DNA of 64,000 nucleotides from Escherichia coli (GTDB lineage Bacteria; Pseudomonadota; Gammaproteobacteria; Enterobacterales; Enterobacteriaceae): NCBI RefSeq assembly GCF_024223415.1, contig NZ_CP100501.1; one strand, 5' to 3'. Shown piece by piece: positions 50,709 to 60,603 of this stretch (position 1 is its first letter; each line of letters starts with the position of its first letter). The notes under the pieces were generated by a model. It saw only the letters and a program-made list of their open reading frames with translations, ran no database searches and was not told where the DNA came from. The position numbers and the translations under genes were made by a program.

Positions 50709-50750
50709 AAGTGAAGCTAAGCACACAATCAATTCAGGTCTTTGACATCC

Positions 50751-50817
50751 TCCATCTTAACTTCCAAAGGGTACTCCCGCCGACATAAGGCGGGAGTACC
50801 CTTTGGAAGTTAAGATG
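50751..50817. repeat. Perfect palindrome with 30-bp arms and 7-bp spacer downstream of trbC
   Basis: CCATCTTAACTTCCAAAGGGTACTCCCGCC gacataa GGCGGGAGTACCCTTTGGAAGTTAAGATGG. Confidence 0.7.
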
Positions 50818-50962
50818 GAAAACCGACATAAGAACCCTCTGTTATCCTGAAACTCTTATATTTATATAACTTGTGAAGGCGTTATGCACACAACCAATCT
50901 TCGCAAAGTCGGCGTCTCGTTGACATCCTCCACGCCCTGACGAATGTGGAGGAATGTCAATA

Positions 50963-53236
50963 TTAATGTCCGGGCCACTCCTGTTGTTCAGTGACGTGAT
51001 GTGATATTTCTTCTTTAGCTGTAGCCTCATTCTGGAGGTTTGAAGTAAATATACGCTCCATTGTTTGTGCAACCGATGGTGGCATTTTTTCTTCCACACG
51101 TTCCTCTTCCGGACAACTCTGTGTGATATAGCATACGTGCCGTTCTTCCCGGGATGTGGTATTGATGATGTGAACTGCCTTGTTCCACAGGCTGTTTCCC
51201 CGGGCAGAGATATCTGTATCATATTGCGGAAGCAGATCCAGCGATGTTTGTGTTTCGTTAAGCTGCTTCTGGAAGGTATCGATGATACGGTAAGGCTCTG
51301 TACGGTTTTTACGACGTTTACGGGATGGTTTTGCTGTCAGTACACCAATAATGCTGCTGACATGCTCCGGTGTGGGAAAACGGCGCTGCACTGTCCTGGG
51401 GACGAGACGGCGGAGACGCTCCAGGCGGGGGGCTTCAACGGAAATATAGCGGTTGATGACCACCGGATCACTGTCGCAACTTTTCTCGCTGTCCGGAATA
51501 TACACAGAGGCTGACGGCACCACATCCCCCTGGAAAACGGTAAAGAACTCACCGGCATTCAGTCTGATCAAATCCTGCACGTCGATTTTGCTTTCCATCT
51601 GGATGGTGATCTGGTTACCGTCCACCCAGGACTCACCCATCACACCATCGTGGCGCTGCAGGCTGCCCATTCTGGCCCGAGCCTCTTCACCGGCGGCATT
51701 TTTCACCGTTCTTGCCGTTTTGTCGTCACTGACAATGCGTCCGGCGAATTTGGTGCCGGCGTTCTGCATCAGTGTGGCGGTGTTGGTGGCGGAGGTCTGC
51801 CCTTCAATTCGCTCCTGATCCTGCGCCATCATTATCAGGGAAAACTCCAGTGAACGTACCTGGGTGGCCTCCACAGCAATGCGGTCTGTGTAGTAGGCAC
51901 CGACTTCGTCAAGGATACAGATATAGGGGAAGCGGCCTTTGTATTTTTTTACTTCCAGGGTCTGTGCGTCTGTGCCTTCCAGGCGGTAGCCCAGGTCACG
52001 GGCGAGGATCATGCTCTGCTGGGTGATGAACATACGACCGAGTGCCGACGTGGTATGGGCTGATGTGTCCAGTGCGGGGATCATCACAATCAGAATTCGG
52101 TCGCTGTGGATACTGTCGCGAATATCGATGTCGCCGGCATCTGCCGCAAAGACGTCCCCGAAGGTTTCGGCAAAGGTTGTGAATGTTTCCGAGAACTGAC
52201 CGGAGAGATAAGCATGCTGTTTACGGGGCTCCTCAGTCCAGGCTGACGGCGTTCTCACCAGTGACATATCGAATCCCGGAACGTCCTGCAGGTAATTTCT
52301 CAGTGGTGCGATGGCTTCTTCCGGCCACTGGTCATCAAGCCCACGGCAATAGAGTTTTGCCATACCTTCCAGCGTCATATGCTCCCGTAACATCTGCAGG
52401 GACATGGTTTTTCTTTCCCGGACGCACCAGAATTTTGTGCCAAAGACCAGGGCTTTGTTCATGGCTATCGCCCGTGACTGCCATTCACCCCCCTGAACGT
52501 TCTGGGGAAGCATGGACTGCATGGTTTCGGCGGTGAAGGCTTCGGTGCTGAATGCGAACGGGTTCCAGGTGTTTGACTGTGGGCGGGATTTTTCGCCGCT
52601 CTGAATGATTTCACTGCGGGATTTTCCGCCGTTCATGAAGTTGATGACCTCGATATCATCCTCCCGGCCAAAACGTCGGGAGAGATACCAGATTGTCCTC
52701 GTGGTATCGTTCTGTGCCTTTCCGTCAACAAAGGTAAAGCCTCTTCCCCAGCAGAGAGGGTTGAGCAGCCAGGCAAAGGTGGTTTCTGTTTTACCGCCAC
52801 CGGTGGTGGAAAAAAATATGATATGCCGGGTGAGGTCATCCATGCTCAGCCAGAGCTCACGACCGATATCGTTGATACGGCGGTAACCGACATAAAAAAT
52901 CCCCCGTGCGGGGGATGTTTCATCTGCTTCATACTGAAACAGGGTGGGCCAGAAGCTGAAGAGGCTTCGCCTGACCTTTCTGTCCTGGGAGGGGTCATCA
53001 AGGCTGAGCGTCATGGGCATACGCAGGGGGCATCGCCAGCGTTGCAGCGTGAATATCACGGAGGTGACCAGGGTGAACAGCAGACAGACAGGAAGGGCCA
53101 GTGGCCATATCAGGGCCGTAATGATACTGCCGGCCAGACACAGACCAATGATGTTCAGGTTGTGCAGTGCATTCCACAGCGGGTTTCCCCAGGCCGTGCG
53201 GTGTATGAGGTCAGGATTAACGTGATGCTGGCTCAT
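50963..53236 (-). CDS. trbC: IncI1-type transfer protein TrbC (NTP-binding)
   Basis: 757-aa ORF with Walker A GGGKTETT; trbA-trbB-trbC order. Confidence 0.8.
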   Translation of the reverse strand: MSQHHVNPDLIHRTAWGNPLWNALHNLNIIGLCLAGSIITALIWPLALPVCLLFTLVTSVIFTLQRWRCPLRMPMTLSLDDPSQDRKVRRSLFSFWPTLFQYEADETSPARGIFYVGYRRINDIGRELWLSMDDLTRHIIFFSTTGGGKTETTFAWLLNPLCWGRGFTFVDGKAQNDTTRTIWYLSRRFGREDDIEVINFMNGGKSRSEIIQSGEKSRPQSNTWNPFAFSTEAFTAETMQSMLPQNVQGGEWQSRAIAMNKALVFGTKFWCVRERKTMSLQMLREHMTLEGMAKLYCRGLDDQWPEEAIAPLRNYLQDVPGFDMSLVRTPSAWTEEPRKQHAYLSGQFSETFTTFAETFGDVFAADAGDIDIRDSIHSDRILIVMIPALDTSAHTTSALGRMFITQQSMILARDLGYRLEGTDAQTLEVKKYKGRFPYICILDEVGAYYTDRIAVEATQVRSLEFSLIMMAQDQERIEGQTSATNTATLMQNAGTKFAGRIVSDDKTARTVKNAAGEEARARMGSLQRHDGVMGESWVDGNQITIQMESKIDVQDLIRLNAGEFFTVFQGDVVPSASVYIPDSEKSCDSDPVVINRYISVEAPRLERLRRLVPRTVQRRFPTPEHVSSIIGVLTAKPSRKRRKNRTEPYRIIDTFQKQLNETQTSLDLLPQYDTDISARGNSLWNKAVHIINTTSREERHVCYITQSCPEEERVEEKMPPSVAQTMERIFTSNLQNEATAKEEISHHVTEQQEWPGH

Positions 53237-54335
53237 TGTGATTATCCTCGGTATCTGTGGCTTTCAGGAACAGGCTGACGGTAGTGGCGTCTTTCAGGAT
53301 GCCGGACGGCAGGTGCCAGCCGGTATCGGATAACACCCATGGGGTACCGCCAAAACCGAACTGGCGGAAAGCCTGGTTATTGACATCGATGGCAGCACGA
53401 GCAGCGGTCAGACACTTTTCATCCGGTGCAGCCGGTGCATCGCCGGTGGGTGCCATACCACCGTCTGCGGAATACAGCTGATGCCATCCGGTCGCCCGTT
53501 TTTGTGCGTCCGGTTCACACAGCAGTGGCGCAGTCCGGTTTGTGCTGGCCTCTCCGCCGATTACGGAGACCGGATAAATCACCACGCTGAATTCCCGGGC
53601 CAGTTGCTTAAGCGCGGGCTCCAGAAGACGGCAGTTGATGCATGCGGGGTCAAGGAAGGCGTAGAGTGTGCGTTCATGACCAGTGGAGAGATTAATGGTG
53701 AACATACCCCGGTCCGCGTTGCGTTTAAGTACAGTGGCCAGATTACGGCGGGCTTCAGCGACCAGAGTATTTTTGTCTGCTGTTATCGCCGGGGTAGCGG
53801 ATGTCTCCTGCATTTCCTGTGATGCCGGGTGAACGATTTCATTTTTCGTCTCTGACGGGGCTACTGACCGGACAATTTCCTTGTCGATGTGTAATGGTGC
53901 TGTTTCTGTTACGGATTCTGTGACAGGTACCCTGAGAGGGGAATCGCTGTCCGGTTTCAGTAAAATATATCCGGCTGTTACCGCTGTCAGAAGTGCCAGC
54001 ACTAATCCTGCACCGTATATCAGCCCTCTCATGAAGCTGGTTTTCCGGGCAGGAAGTTCTGCATATGCCGCGCTCAGACAGCTGTCAATCGCGGAGAGCA
54101 TTCTGCCGATGTGATGTCCGGGACGTTCAGTATCAACGGTATCAACAAGCAGTGTTTCGGTTATTTCACGAAAAGGGGTGCTGAAGGACAGGTGCATCAG
54201 CCTGTTATTACGGTTAATCAGTGCGCCCAGTTCTGTAACCGGCAGGATGGCAATAACCTCCTGACCACCGTCAGGGTACAGGGCGGTCAGGGACAGGTGT
54301 TTATTGTTCAGTGTTGCAGTGTAGCGGATGGTCAT
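53217..54335 (-). CDS. trbB: IncI1-type transfer protein TrbB (thioredoxin/DsbC-like)
   Basis: 372-aa ORF with membrane anchor and C-terminal Cys-containing thiol-oxidoreductase-like region. Confidence 0.75.
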   Translation of the reverse strand: MTIRYTATLNNKHLSLTALYPDGGQEVIAILPVTELGALINRNNRLMHLSFSTPFREITETLLVDTVDTERPGHHIGRMLSAIDSCLSAAYAELPARKTSFMRGLIYGAGLVLALLTAVTAGYILLKPDSDSPLRVPVTESVTETAPLHIDKEIVRSVAPSETKNEIVHPASQEMQETSATPAITADKNTLVAEARRNLATVLKRNADRGMFTINLSTGHERTLYAFLDPACINCRLLEPALKQLAREFSVVIYPVSVIGGEASTNRTAPLLCEPDAQKRATGWHQLYSADGGMAPTGDAPAAPDEKCLTAARAAIDVNNQAFRQFGFGGTPWVLSDTGWHLPSGILKDATTVSLFLKATDTEDNHNEPASR

Positions 54336-55666
54336 TGTGCTTTTTCCTTGTCGGCGGGATGCTGTTTTTCGGTGGTTTCGGTGGTTTCGGTGGTTTCGGT
54401 GGTTTCGGTGGTTTCGGTGGTTTCGGTGGTTTCGGTGGTTTCGGTGGTTTCACCAGTGTCAGTGTCTTCGTCGTTATCATGGCGGCGGGGTATCACGTCA
54501 TCCGTGAGTGACCAGCGGGTCCTGATCTGACGTTTACGATCGCGATCTGGCTGAGGTTCGTCCCATATCAGGCCCAGCCCCAGCATGTCCCGTCGAAGCC
54601 CTTCAATGGCCTCTTCCACACAGGGTTCCGGGCAGGGGAGGCCGAGACGGCTGGCTTCATTTTCTGCCCGGGCAACGGCCACCACGCCGGCCCCTTCGAT
54701 GAAGCCTTTTGTGGTGTTTGCCCGGTGAAGGGCATAGAAGAGCGTCCGGTCAACGCCCTTGAGCCACAGCCAGTTCGGAGGCGTCAGGCGCAAATCATGT
54801 GCGTAAAGCCAGACCAGACCGCTGCGAACGTAACGGTGCTGCCTGAGCCACTTTTGTGCGCCTTCTGTTTTGATGACCCGGATAAAGGCGTTTCTGGCCA
54901 GTGAATACACCGGCGTGCTGAAACGCCCCTGGTCCCGTTTACTTTTGAGCCTGCAGGAGAGATTGAGGTTGTTCATCAGGGCTACCGCTGCTTTCCGGTC
55001 ACCGAGGAAGAACTGCAGGCCAAAGATGGCAAAGAGCGCTTTTTCATGTGGGGCCATGTCTTTCCAGCTGGTCAGTGGTTGCCCCAGTTGCGCCATGAAG
55101 CACTGGCGTGTGGACGCAACATCGAGCTGCATGTTGCGGATAAGGTTGTTCTGCTCCACAAAGGCTTCGGGGGTTAGTGCGACACGGCGCTCGGGACGTT
55201 TTTGTCCGTGGAAGAGTCTGTTGTTGTCTCCGTCAGCCAGAACGGGGGCGATCGCCGGTGACAGAGCTGAAAAAATATGGGGCAGTGTGTGGATATTCAG
55301 TGGCCTGCGGGTAAAACGGGGCTGGGCCGGATGGTGAAACCACATCCACAGAAAGCCGAATGTCATGGGAAGCAGAATCAGCCAGAGGATCCCCACTGTC
55401 CGGGACATAACATCCAGCCACTGGCTGAAAGTGATGGTTGCCGCGTTGTTAGCAGTGATGGCCAGCAGGTTGTAACGGGGGACGGCAAAGTTGTGAAAGG
55501 GCCCCCAGTCAATCATGCCCCACAGTGTGTGCAGGATCAGGCAGGAGGCGAAGACGATTTCAGGTAAAAAGCGCCAGATGATAATCGCAAAGAGCAGGCA
55601 TATGGCACCGACGATATACCATATAGCCATTGGATCTTCGGCGGCAGACGTCTGTTGGTAAGACAC
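54332..55666 (-). CDS. trbA: IncI1-type transfer protein TrbA (membrane protein with C-terminal (TTE)n repeat)
   Basis: 444-aa ORF, N-terminal transmembrane segments, C-terminal TGETTETTETTETTETTETTETTETTETTEK. Confidence 0.75.
   Translation of the reverse strand: MSYQQTSAAEDPMAIWYIVGAICLLFAIIIWRFLPEIVFASCLILHTLWGMIDWGPFHNFAVPRYNLLAITANNAATITFSQWLDVMSRTVGILWLILLPMTFGFLWMWFHHPAQPRFTRRPLNIHTLPHIFSALSPAIAPVLADGDNNRLFHGQKRPERRVALTPEAFVEQNNLIRNMQLDVASTRQCFMAQLGQPLTSWKDMAPHEKALFAIFGLQFFLGDRKAAVALMNNLNLSCRLKSKRDQGRFSTPVYSLARNAFIRVIKTEGAQKWLRQHRYVRSGLVWLYAHDLRLTPPNWLWLKGVDRTLFYALHRANTTKGFIEGAGVVAVARAENEASRLGLPCPEPCVEEAIEGLRRDMLGLGLIWDEPQPDRDRKRQIRTRWSLTDDVIPRRHDNDEDTDTGETTETTETTETTETTETTETTETTETTEKQHPADKEKAQ
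54366..54437 (-). repeat. In-frame 9-bp tandem repeat (eight perfect copies of TTTCGGTGG on the plus strand) inside trbA
   Basis: Counted directly in the sequence; encodes (TTE)n. Confidence 0.9.
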
Positions 55667-56448
55667 GGGGATTCCTCCATAGATGAATGGATAAATTTCG
55701 GGATTAAGTCGGGTGGCATGAATGCGAATCAGCGCCGGTAATAACCGGACAGGAATGAATTCAACAGGACATTTTTACAGAGAAGAGCGAACGGCAGAAG
55801 GTGGTGGGAGACAGGTACAAAAAAACCGACTGGTGAGGCCGGTTTTTTTGCGATTCCGGGGTGGAGTTGGTGGCTCTGACCGGAGGAAGTCTCTTTTCAG
55901 CTAACAATGAGAGAGCTGTTGTGACAGGCAATGTAAGAGTAAGCAGCAGTGATTTCCTCCATTGACGGAGAAACGGATGATTAACCTGTTAATCATCGTT
56001 CTCAGGGCGGTTGTTGCTGTGGCTAACGCAGTGATAGCTCTCCGGGAACTGGTTGACTGATAATCCCGGAAACGTACTTAAGGGCAGAGGGTCACCTCCT
56101 TCTGCCCTTTAACAAAATATGCTCAGGTTAAAAATCGAAAACCTTCCTGCACTTCCTGTGCCTGTTCCCGTGAGCCAAACATGAGCCGGCTTTTACCCGG
56201 AACTCCCCAGGAAATATATTCTACATCCACCCACCATTTTCCGTATTCTTCATACGGTCCGGATATCACTTTAGTGACAAATGCATCAATCAGGTTCATT
56301 TTTACACCTTTCTGTTATTCTGCTTATTACGACCAGCAGACAGCAAATATTAAAAATAACGCGGCGGTAAAAATGGCAATTTTTTTCATGCTGTATTTTT
56401 GCCATTTATTTTCTTTGAAATGGTTTTTTTCTTCATATCAGCAAATAA

Positions 56449-56916
56449 TTATTTCTTATTCTGTTTTCTCCAGGTCCATGGTGGTACCGGATTTTTATCT
56501 GCCCATAATCCCCGCTTCAGGGCGCGGGCATCACGCTGGAGCGGCGGGAGAGTATAGTCATTATTGTAGTCCGGGTACACCCAGGCAGCGCCGTTACGGA
56601 CCTGCCAGCGATTTGCTTCTGTGCCGTCAGCGGTATAGACCCGGCCGAGAATACGGCCATACCTGTCTGTCTGCGCGTATTGCACGGTTACGGGCTTTCC
56701 GGCCACCAGGTCCTTCAGCTGAGTGGCTGACCAGCGTCCAAAGGGCTGTTTCTTTTCCGGTGCATCAATATTAGCCAGACGGACCCTGACAGGCTTTTTG
56801 TCCTGTAATATTTCCAGCGTATCACCATCAAGAACGCGGATGACGTGCCCCTGAATCTGTGCGGCACAGAGAGAAGCGGAAAAAATAATGGTGAGTGAAA
56901 AGATATATTTTATCAT
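56449..56916 (-). CDS. Secreted thermonuclease-family (SNase-like) nuclease
   Basis: Signal peptide MIKYIFSLTIIFSASLCAA then ...VIRVLDGDTLE...RLANIDAPE... SNase motifs. Confidence 0.8.
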   Translation of the reverse strand: MIKYIFSLTIIFSASLCAAQIQGHVIRVLDGDTLEILQDKKPVRVRLANIDAPEKKQPFGRWSATQLKDLVAGKPVTVQYAQTDRYGRILGRVYTADGTEANRWQVRNGAAWVYPDYNNDYTLPPLQRDARALKRGLWADKNPVPPWTWRKQNKK

Positions 56917-57018
56917 TTCATCGTCTCCTTTTTATTTATGAAAACAGGTGCAATTAATATTGCGAAATAATAACGTTCAGGTGTGTTTTTTTTGGCAGTG
57001 TGATACTTCACGCAGGGC

Positions 57019-57699
57019 ATGAATTCCAGTACGCTGATATCCGTGATGATACGGCAACAGATATCCGGTGACGGTATGCAGGAACATATTGATTATCAGA
57101 TTGAGAAATATCAGTTCAGGGCCAGGAATGAGTCACCGCGACTGATGCGCCAGTGGGAAGATGTCATGCGTGAATGCCGTGATACCGGAGCAGGAGCCAG
57201 GGAGCGGCTGCGGATTGCCTTACTTAATGTTGATTATGTGACCAGTTTTGAACTGCCGTTTCGTCTGCTGTTAACCCGGACACCGCAGATGATTGACAGC
57301 GTGCGGCGGGAATGGCAGCTCAGCCAGAAAAAAGTCGTATTCAATGAGCGGCAGCGGGGATGTGTATACAGTCTGCAGAATGACTTATCCGGCGTGCCGG
57401 ATAGCTTCAGTTACAGTCTTGCGACGCGAATACGGCGGGTGGACAGCTATGGCATGACGACGCGTTGTTTCACTGATATAGCCGGGCAGGTTAAAGCCCC
57501 GACAGCACGGCTGAAACTGGCGCTGGAAAGCGGGTTAATTGTCACCGCGCTGGATGGTCTGTTCTGGCTTGGTATTCAGCGTATTGCCGCAGATGTGCAG
57601 CGGCTGCGTCAGTCCGGAATGACAATCATCACCCGGGATGTTGAGGTCTCAGACTCGCTGACCGGAACCACACGGGTTGTTTCCGGGTACAGACTTTGA
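57019..57699 (+). CDS. Hypothetical protein
   Basis: 226-aa ORF; no confident motif. Confidence 0.45.
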   Translation: MNSSTLISVMIRQQISGDGMQEHIDYQIEKYQFRARNESPRLMRQWEDVMRECRDTGAGARERLRIALLNVDYVTSFELPFRLLLTRTPQMIDSVRREWQLSQKKVVFNERQRGCVYSLQNDLSGVPDSFSYSLATRIRRVDSYGMTTRCFTDIAGQVKAPTARLKLALESGLIVTALDGLFWLGIQRIAADVQRLRQSGMTIITRDVEVSDSLTGTTRVVSGYRL

Positions 57700-57896
57700 T
57701 TTATGCAACAAAGTATCGCAGCGTCGAATATGAGCTATGGCCAGATTTTTGTTAATCGTGGTTGTTGCAACATGTAAGGCGAATGACCACACTATTCTGG
57801 TACGCTCGTAATCACGCTGAAATTCTGCTTCCTGTCCTGCCGTGATGAGTTCCGACCAGGACATACGGCGAAGTGTATGTCTGTCAGTAATATCCG

Positions 57897-58112
57897 TCAT
57901 GAGCTCTCAGCCTCCTCCTTCGTATTTCCGTCAGAAACACAAACGCCCCGCAGAGAAAATTCGCCAACATTCTCCTTTTTAATGGCGCGCAATGCATCGC
58001 GGCAGGCCCGTTCGGTATGAAAGGCCTGGCTGTGCACCGCCAGTGTGGGCTGACGGGCATCACCGGAAGAGACATTAAAGGGCGATGAAAGCCAGAAAAT
58101 CAGTAGCCACAT
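57897..58112 (-). CDS. Hypothetical small exported protein
   Basis: 71-aa ORF with hydrophobic signal-like N-terminus MWLLIFWLSSPF. Confidence 0.35.
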   Translation of the reverse strand: MWLLIFWLSSPFNVSSGDARQPTLAVHSQAFHTERACRDALRAIKKENVGEFSLRGVCVSDGNTKEEAESS

Positions 58113-58115
58113 GCG

Positions 58116-58499
58116 TCACACCTCGTCCTTTTTATGCGGGTATCTGGACAGAATATTGAGCGCCTGTAATGGCGCTTCATGCATTTCACGGATACAACGG
58201 GCATCGGTGATATTTTCCCGGTAATGTGTGGTTTCCAGCATCATATGATGCATATGGAGCATCCGGGCCAGGGCTGCGCGGAGTTCTTCAATATGTTGTT
58301 CATGGGAATGCTGGCGGGGCTGTATCCGGCAGAGAGGGATAACCTCCACATCATCCGGGTGCGCGCGAAGCCACGCGTCAGTGACTGCAATGTCGTCAGT
58401 GTAAAACCATGTGCCGGATGTCCCGTTGGCCAGAAAACGCATTTTCCAGGCTTCTGGGGTGGCGGTTGTGTTGTTATCTTTCATGGTGCCACCACTCAT
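58116..58499 (-). CDS. Hypothetical protein
   Basis: 127-aa ORF. Confidence 0.4.
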   Translation of the reverse strand: MSGGTMKDNNTTATPEAWKMRFLANGTSGTWFYTDDIAVTDAWLRAHPDDVEVIPLCRIQPRQHSHEQHIEELRAALARMLHMHHMMLETTHYRENITDARCIREMHEAPLQALNILSRYPHKKDEV

Positions 58500-59089
58500 T
58501 CAACAGGCTTAATGCTGTCCAGGCGCAGTCTGCTCAGACTGTCGTGGCTGCCACAGCGGCGTCCAGTGCTTTTGCTGTAGCACTCCTGCCCCCTGATACA
58601 CCATGCCGTTGGCGTTTCGTAGAGGCTGACACGTCGGGTTTTATCTTTAATGATGAGAAGCCCGGTGTGAGTTTTTGTCTTTTTCATCGGTGGGGTACAA
58701 ACGCAGAAATTTTGTTGTCATTACATCATCAGTTTTAGCCTGCAGAGACGCTGAAAAATCAGCGTTTTCAGACCCTGTTCAGGTTAGTGAATATTCTTGC
58801 CTGGCCTTTCGGCAATATCAATCCCCTGATGTGTGCACACGTAGTCACTTTCCGGCTTTATTTCTGTCCCTGACACAAAATACGTGGTGGCATGAAAAGG
58901 ATTGTGGCGGACAGGAAAACGATTAGAATAGCGGCGGGCGCTTGAGGCTGTATGCCGAAAGCGTTTTGTGGACGGCATGTAGCAGAAAGCCCCAGGCGAT
59001 TTTTTTATCAATCAACCCAGGGCCCACTGTAATGCCTAGACAACATTATAGTAGCCCGATGACGGCCGAAAGGCAATGGAGGGGCTGCG

Positions 59090-59242
59090 ATGCCACAACG
59101 AACGTTTTTAATGATGTTAATCGTCGTCTGTGTGACGATACTGTGTTTTGTCTGGATGGTGAGGGATTCGCTTTGCGGATTTCGTATCGAGCAGGGAAAT
59201 ACGGTGCTTGTGGCAACGTTAGCCTACGAAGTTAAACGTTAA
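59090..59242 (+). CDS. pndA: Hok-family type I toxin PndA (50 aa)
   Basis: Translated by hand: MPQRTFLMMLIVVCVTILCFVWMVRDSLCGFRIEQGNTVLVATLAYEVKR; overlapped out of frame by ORF 58942..59235 (Mok/PndC-like). Confidence 0.8.
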   Translation: MPQRTFLMMLIVVCVTILCFVWMVRDSLCGFRIEQGNTVLVATLAYEVKR

Positions 59243-59868
59243 CGGGCAACACGGCGGTAGAGAATCTGCCGCCGGATTGTTGCGAAGGCTGACCTCAATG
59301 CGCCTTGTTTGTCTTTTTTACCGGACGACTGCTGGTTGCTGCTGTCCGGCAGCTATTATTTTTTCCGTCCTGTGCGTCATCAATTATGACAGTCGCTCTC
59401 ATTTAGTTGTCTCTGGTTAGATGTATTATTATATATTTTCGGGGTAATTCGATAAAAGTTATCCACTTCAGCACCAGACTGAATGATATATGCAATAAGA
59501 TCTAAACGATGAATCTCGTATCGTGTACGTAACTCCATTATTTCACGCCATGGAGTACCATGTCGTGCTGGAAAATTGCTGCGGGATTCAGACATGATTT
59601 TATCTTTATGTTTTCTAGGTACTGCCTTGAGTGTGTGGATATGATAATTATTTATAATGATATTGTTATCTTTTATAGATAACTGATATGCAGAATTGTA
59701 TTGATTTTGTCTACAGTGGGCAAGACAGTGCTAAGAATTTGTGGGGAAAACATAGAGACTCCATGCTGCGTCCTGAGATAGACGGCAGACAGGCATTCTG
59801 CCTGAAAAGAAAAAGCCGGTTCAGAGAAAACCGGCTGACGGATTATCGTCTAACAGTTGATAGCTACC

Positions 59869-60516
59869 TCAAAATACTTCTGCAACAGGAACACCGGCAA
59901 CTTTTTCCCACTCTTTAACCCGATACCGGATCATCTGTGGGAAACGTTCCTTGTACTCATATCCACGTGCAGCCATGGTGTGCATGGTGTTGGCCAGCGT
60001 CCTTGCTGAGATGCCGGAGATCTCAAGAGGAATCATCGGCAGACTCACATAGGTGGTGTGGATTTCCAGCTTGCCGTCCTCAGCAACCGTGCGGGTAAAG
60101 TTGTGAATATCCAGACCAATCACATCCATCACATTGTTTGGATAAATACGCACATACAGCATGGTGCCGTTTTTAATGTCGATCCCGAAATAACAACTCT
60201 TCGAGAATGACAGTTGCTCATAATCGCTGGTCGGCGCAAAGGGACTGCTTTCTTTTATCTGCTGAACAACCTGCTGGACTTTCTTTTTCTTCGCCCTGGT
60301 TCTTAGATATAGCCAGAGTAATGGGAGGATAATCAGCGTTGAACATCCATATGTTATCATATAGATATTAGGGGAGGAGTATCTGGCGTAGCTAATACTT
60401 AATGTACCTAATATTGCATATATTAATAGGAATGGTATTCCAATAATAAAATAAGCATTGCGGATCAGGTAATAATATGCCCACCAGGAAGGATATCTGT
60501 TTTTTGTTGTACTCAT
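59869..60516 (-). CDS. excA: Entry-exclusion protein ExcA (inner-membrane)
   Basis: 215-aa ORF with N-terminal transmembrane segments, directly downstream of traY. Confidence 0.7.
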   Translation of the reverse strand: MSTTKNRYPSWWAYYYLIRNAYFIIGIPFLLIYAILGTLSISYARYSSPNIYMITYGCSTLIILPLLWLYLRTRAKKKKVQQVVQQIKESSPFAPTSDYEQLSFSKSCYFGIDIKNGTMLYVRIYPNNVMDVIGLDIHNFTRTVAEDGKLEIHTTYVSLPMIPLEISGISARTLANTMHTMAARGYEYKERFPQMIRYRVKEWEKVAGVPVAEVF

Positions 60517-60603
60517 AATAAACCTCCATATTCACCTGAATGTATTTTAATCTCTTCAGGTGAATATGGCAATGGTATTTTAGTGGTTTTTCGATATTTT
60601 CAT

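Noticed and set aside
54366-54437. Possible CRISPR array or other non-coding repeat locus
   Set aside because: The repeats are 9-bp tandem units with no spacers and lie in frame inside trbA; no cas genes anywhere in the window.
56181-56774. 197-aa plus-strand ORF overlapping the nuclease gene
   Set aside because: Antisense to a convincing signal-peptide nuclease ORF; no RBS.
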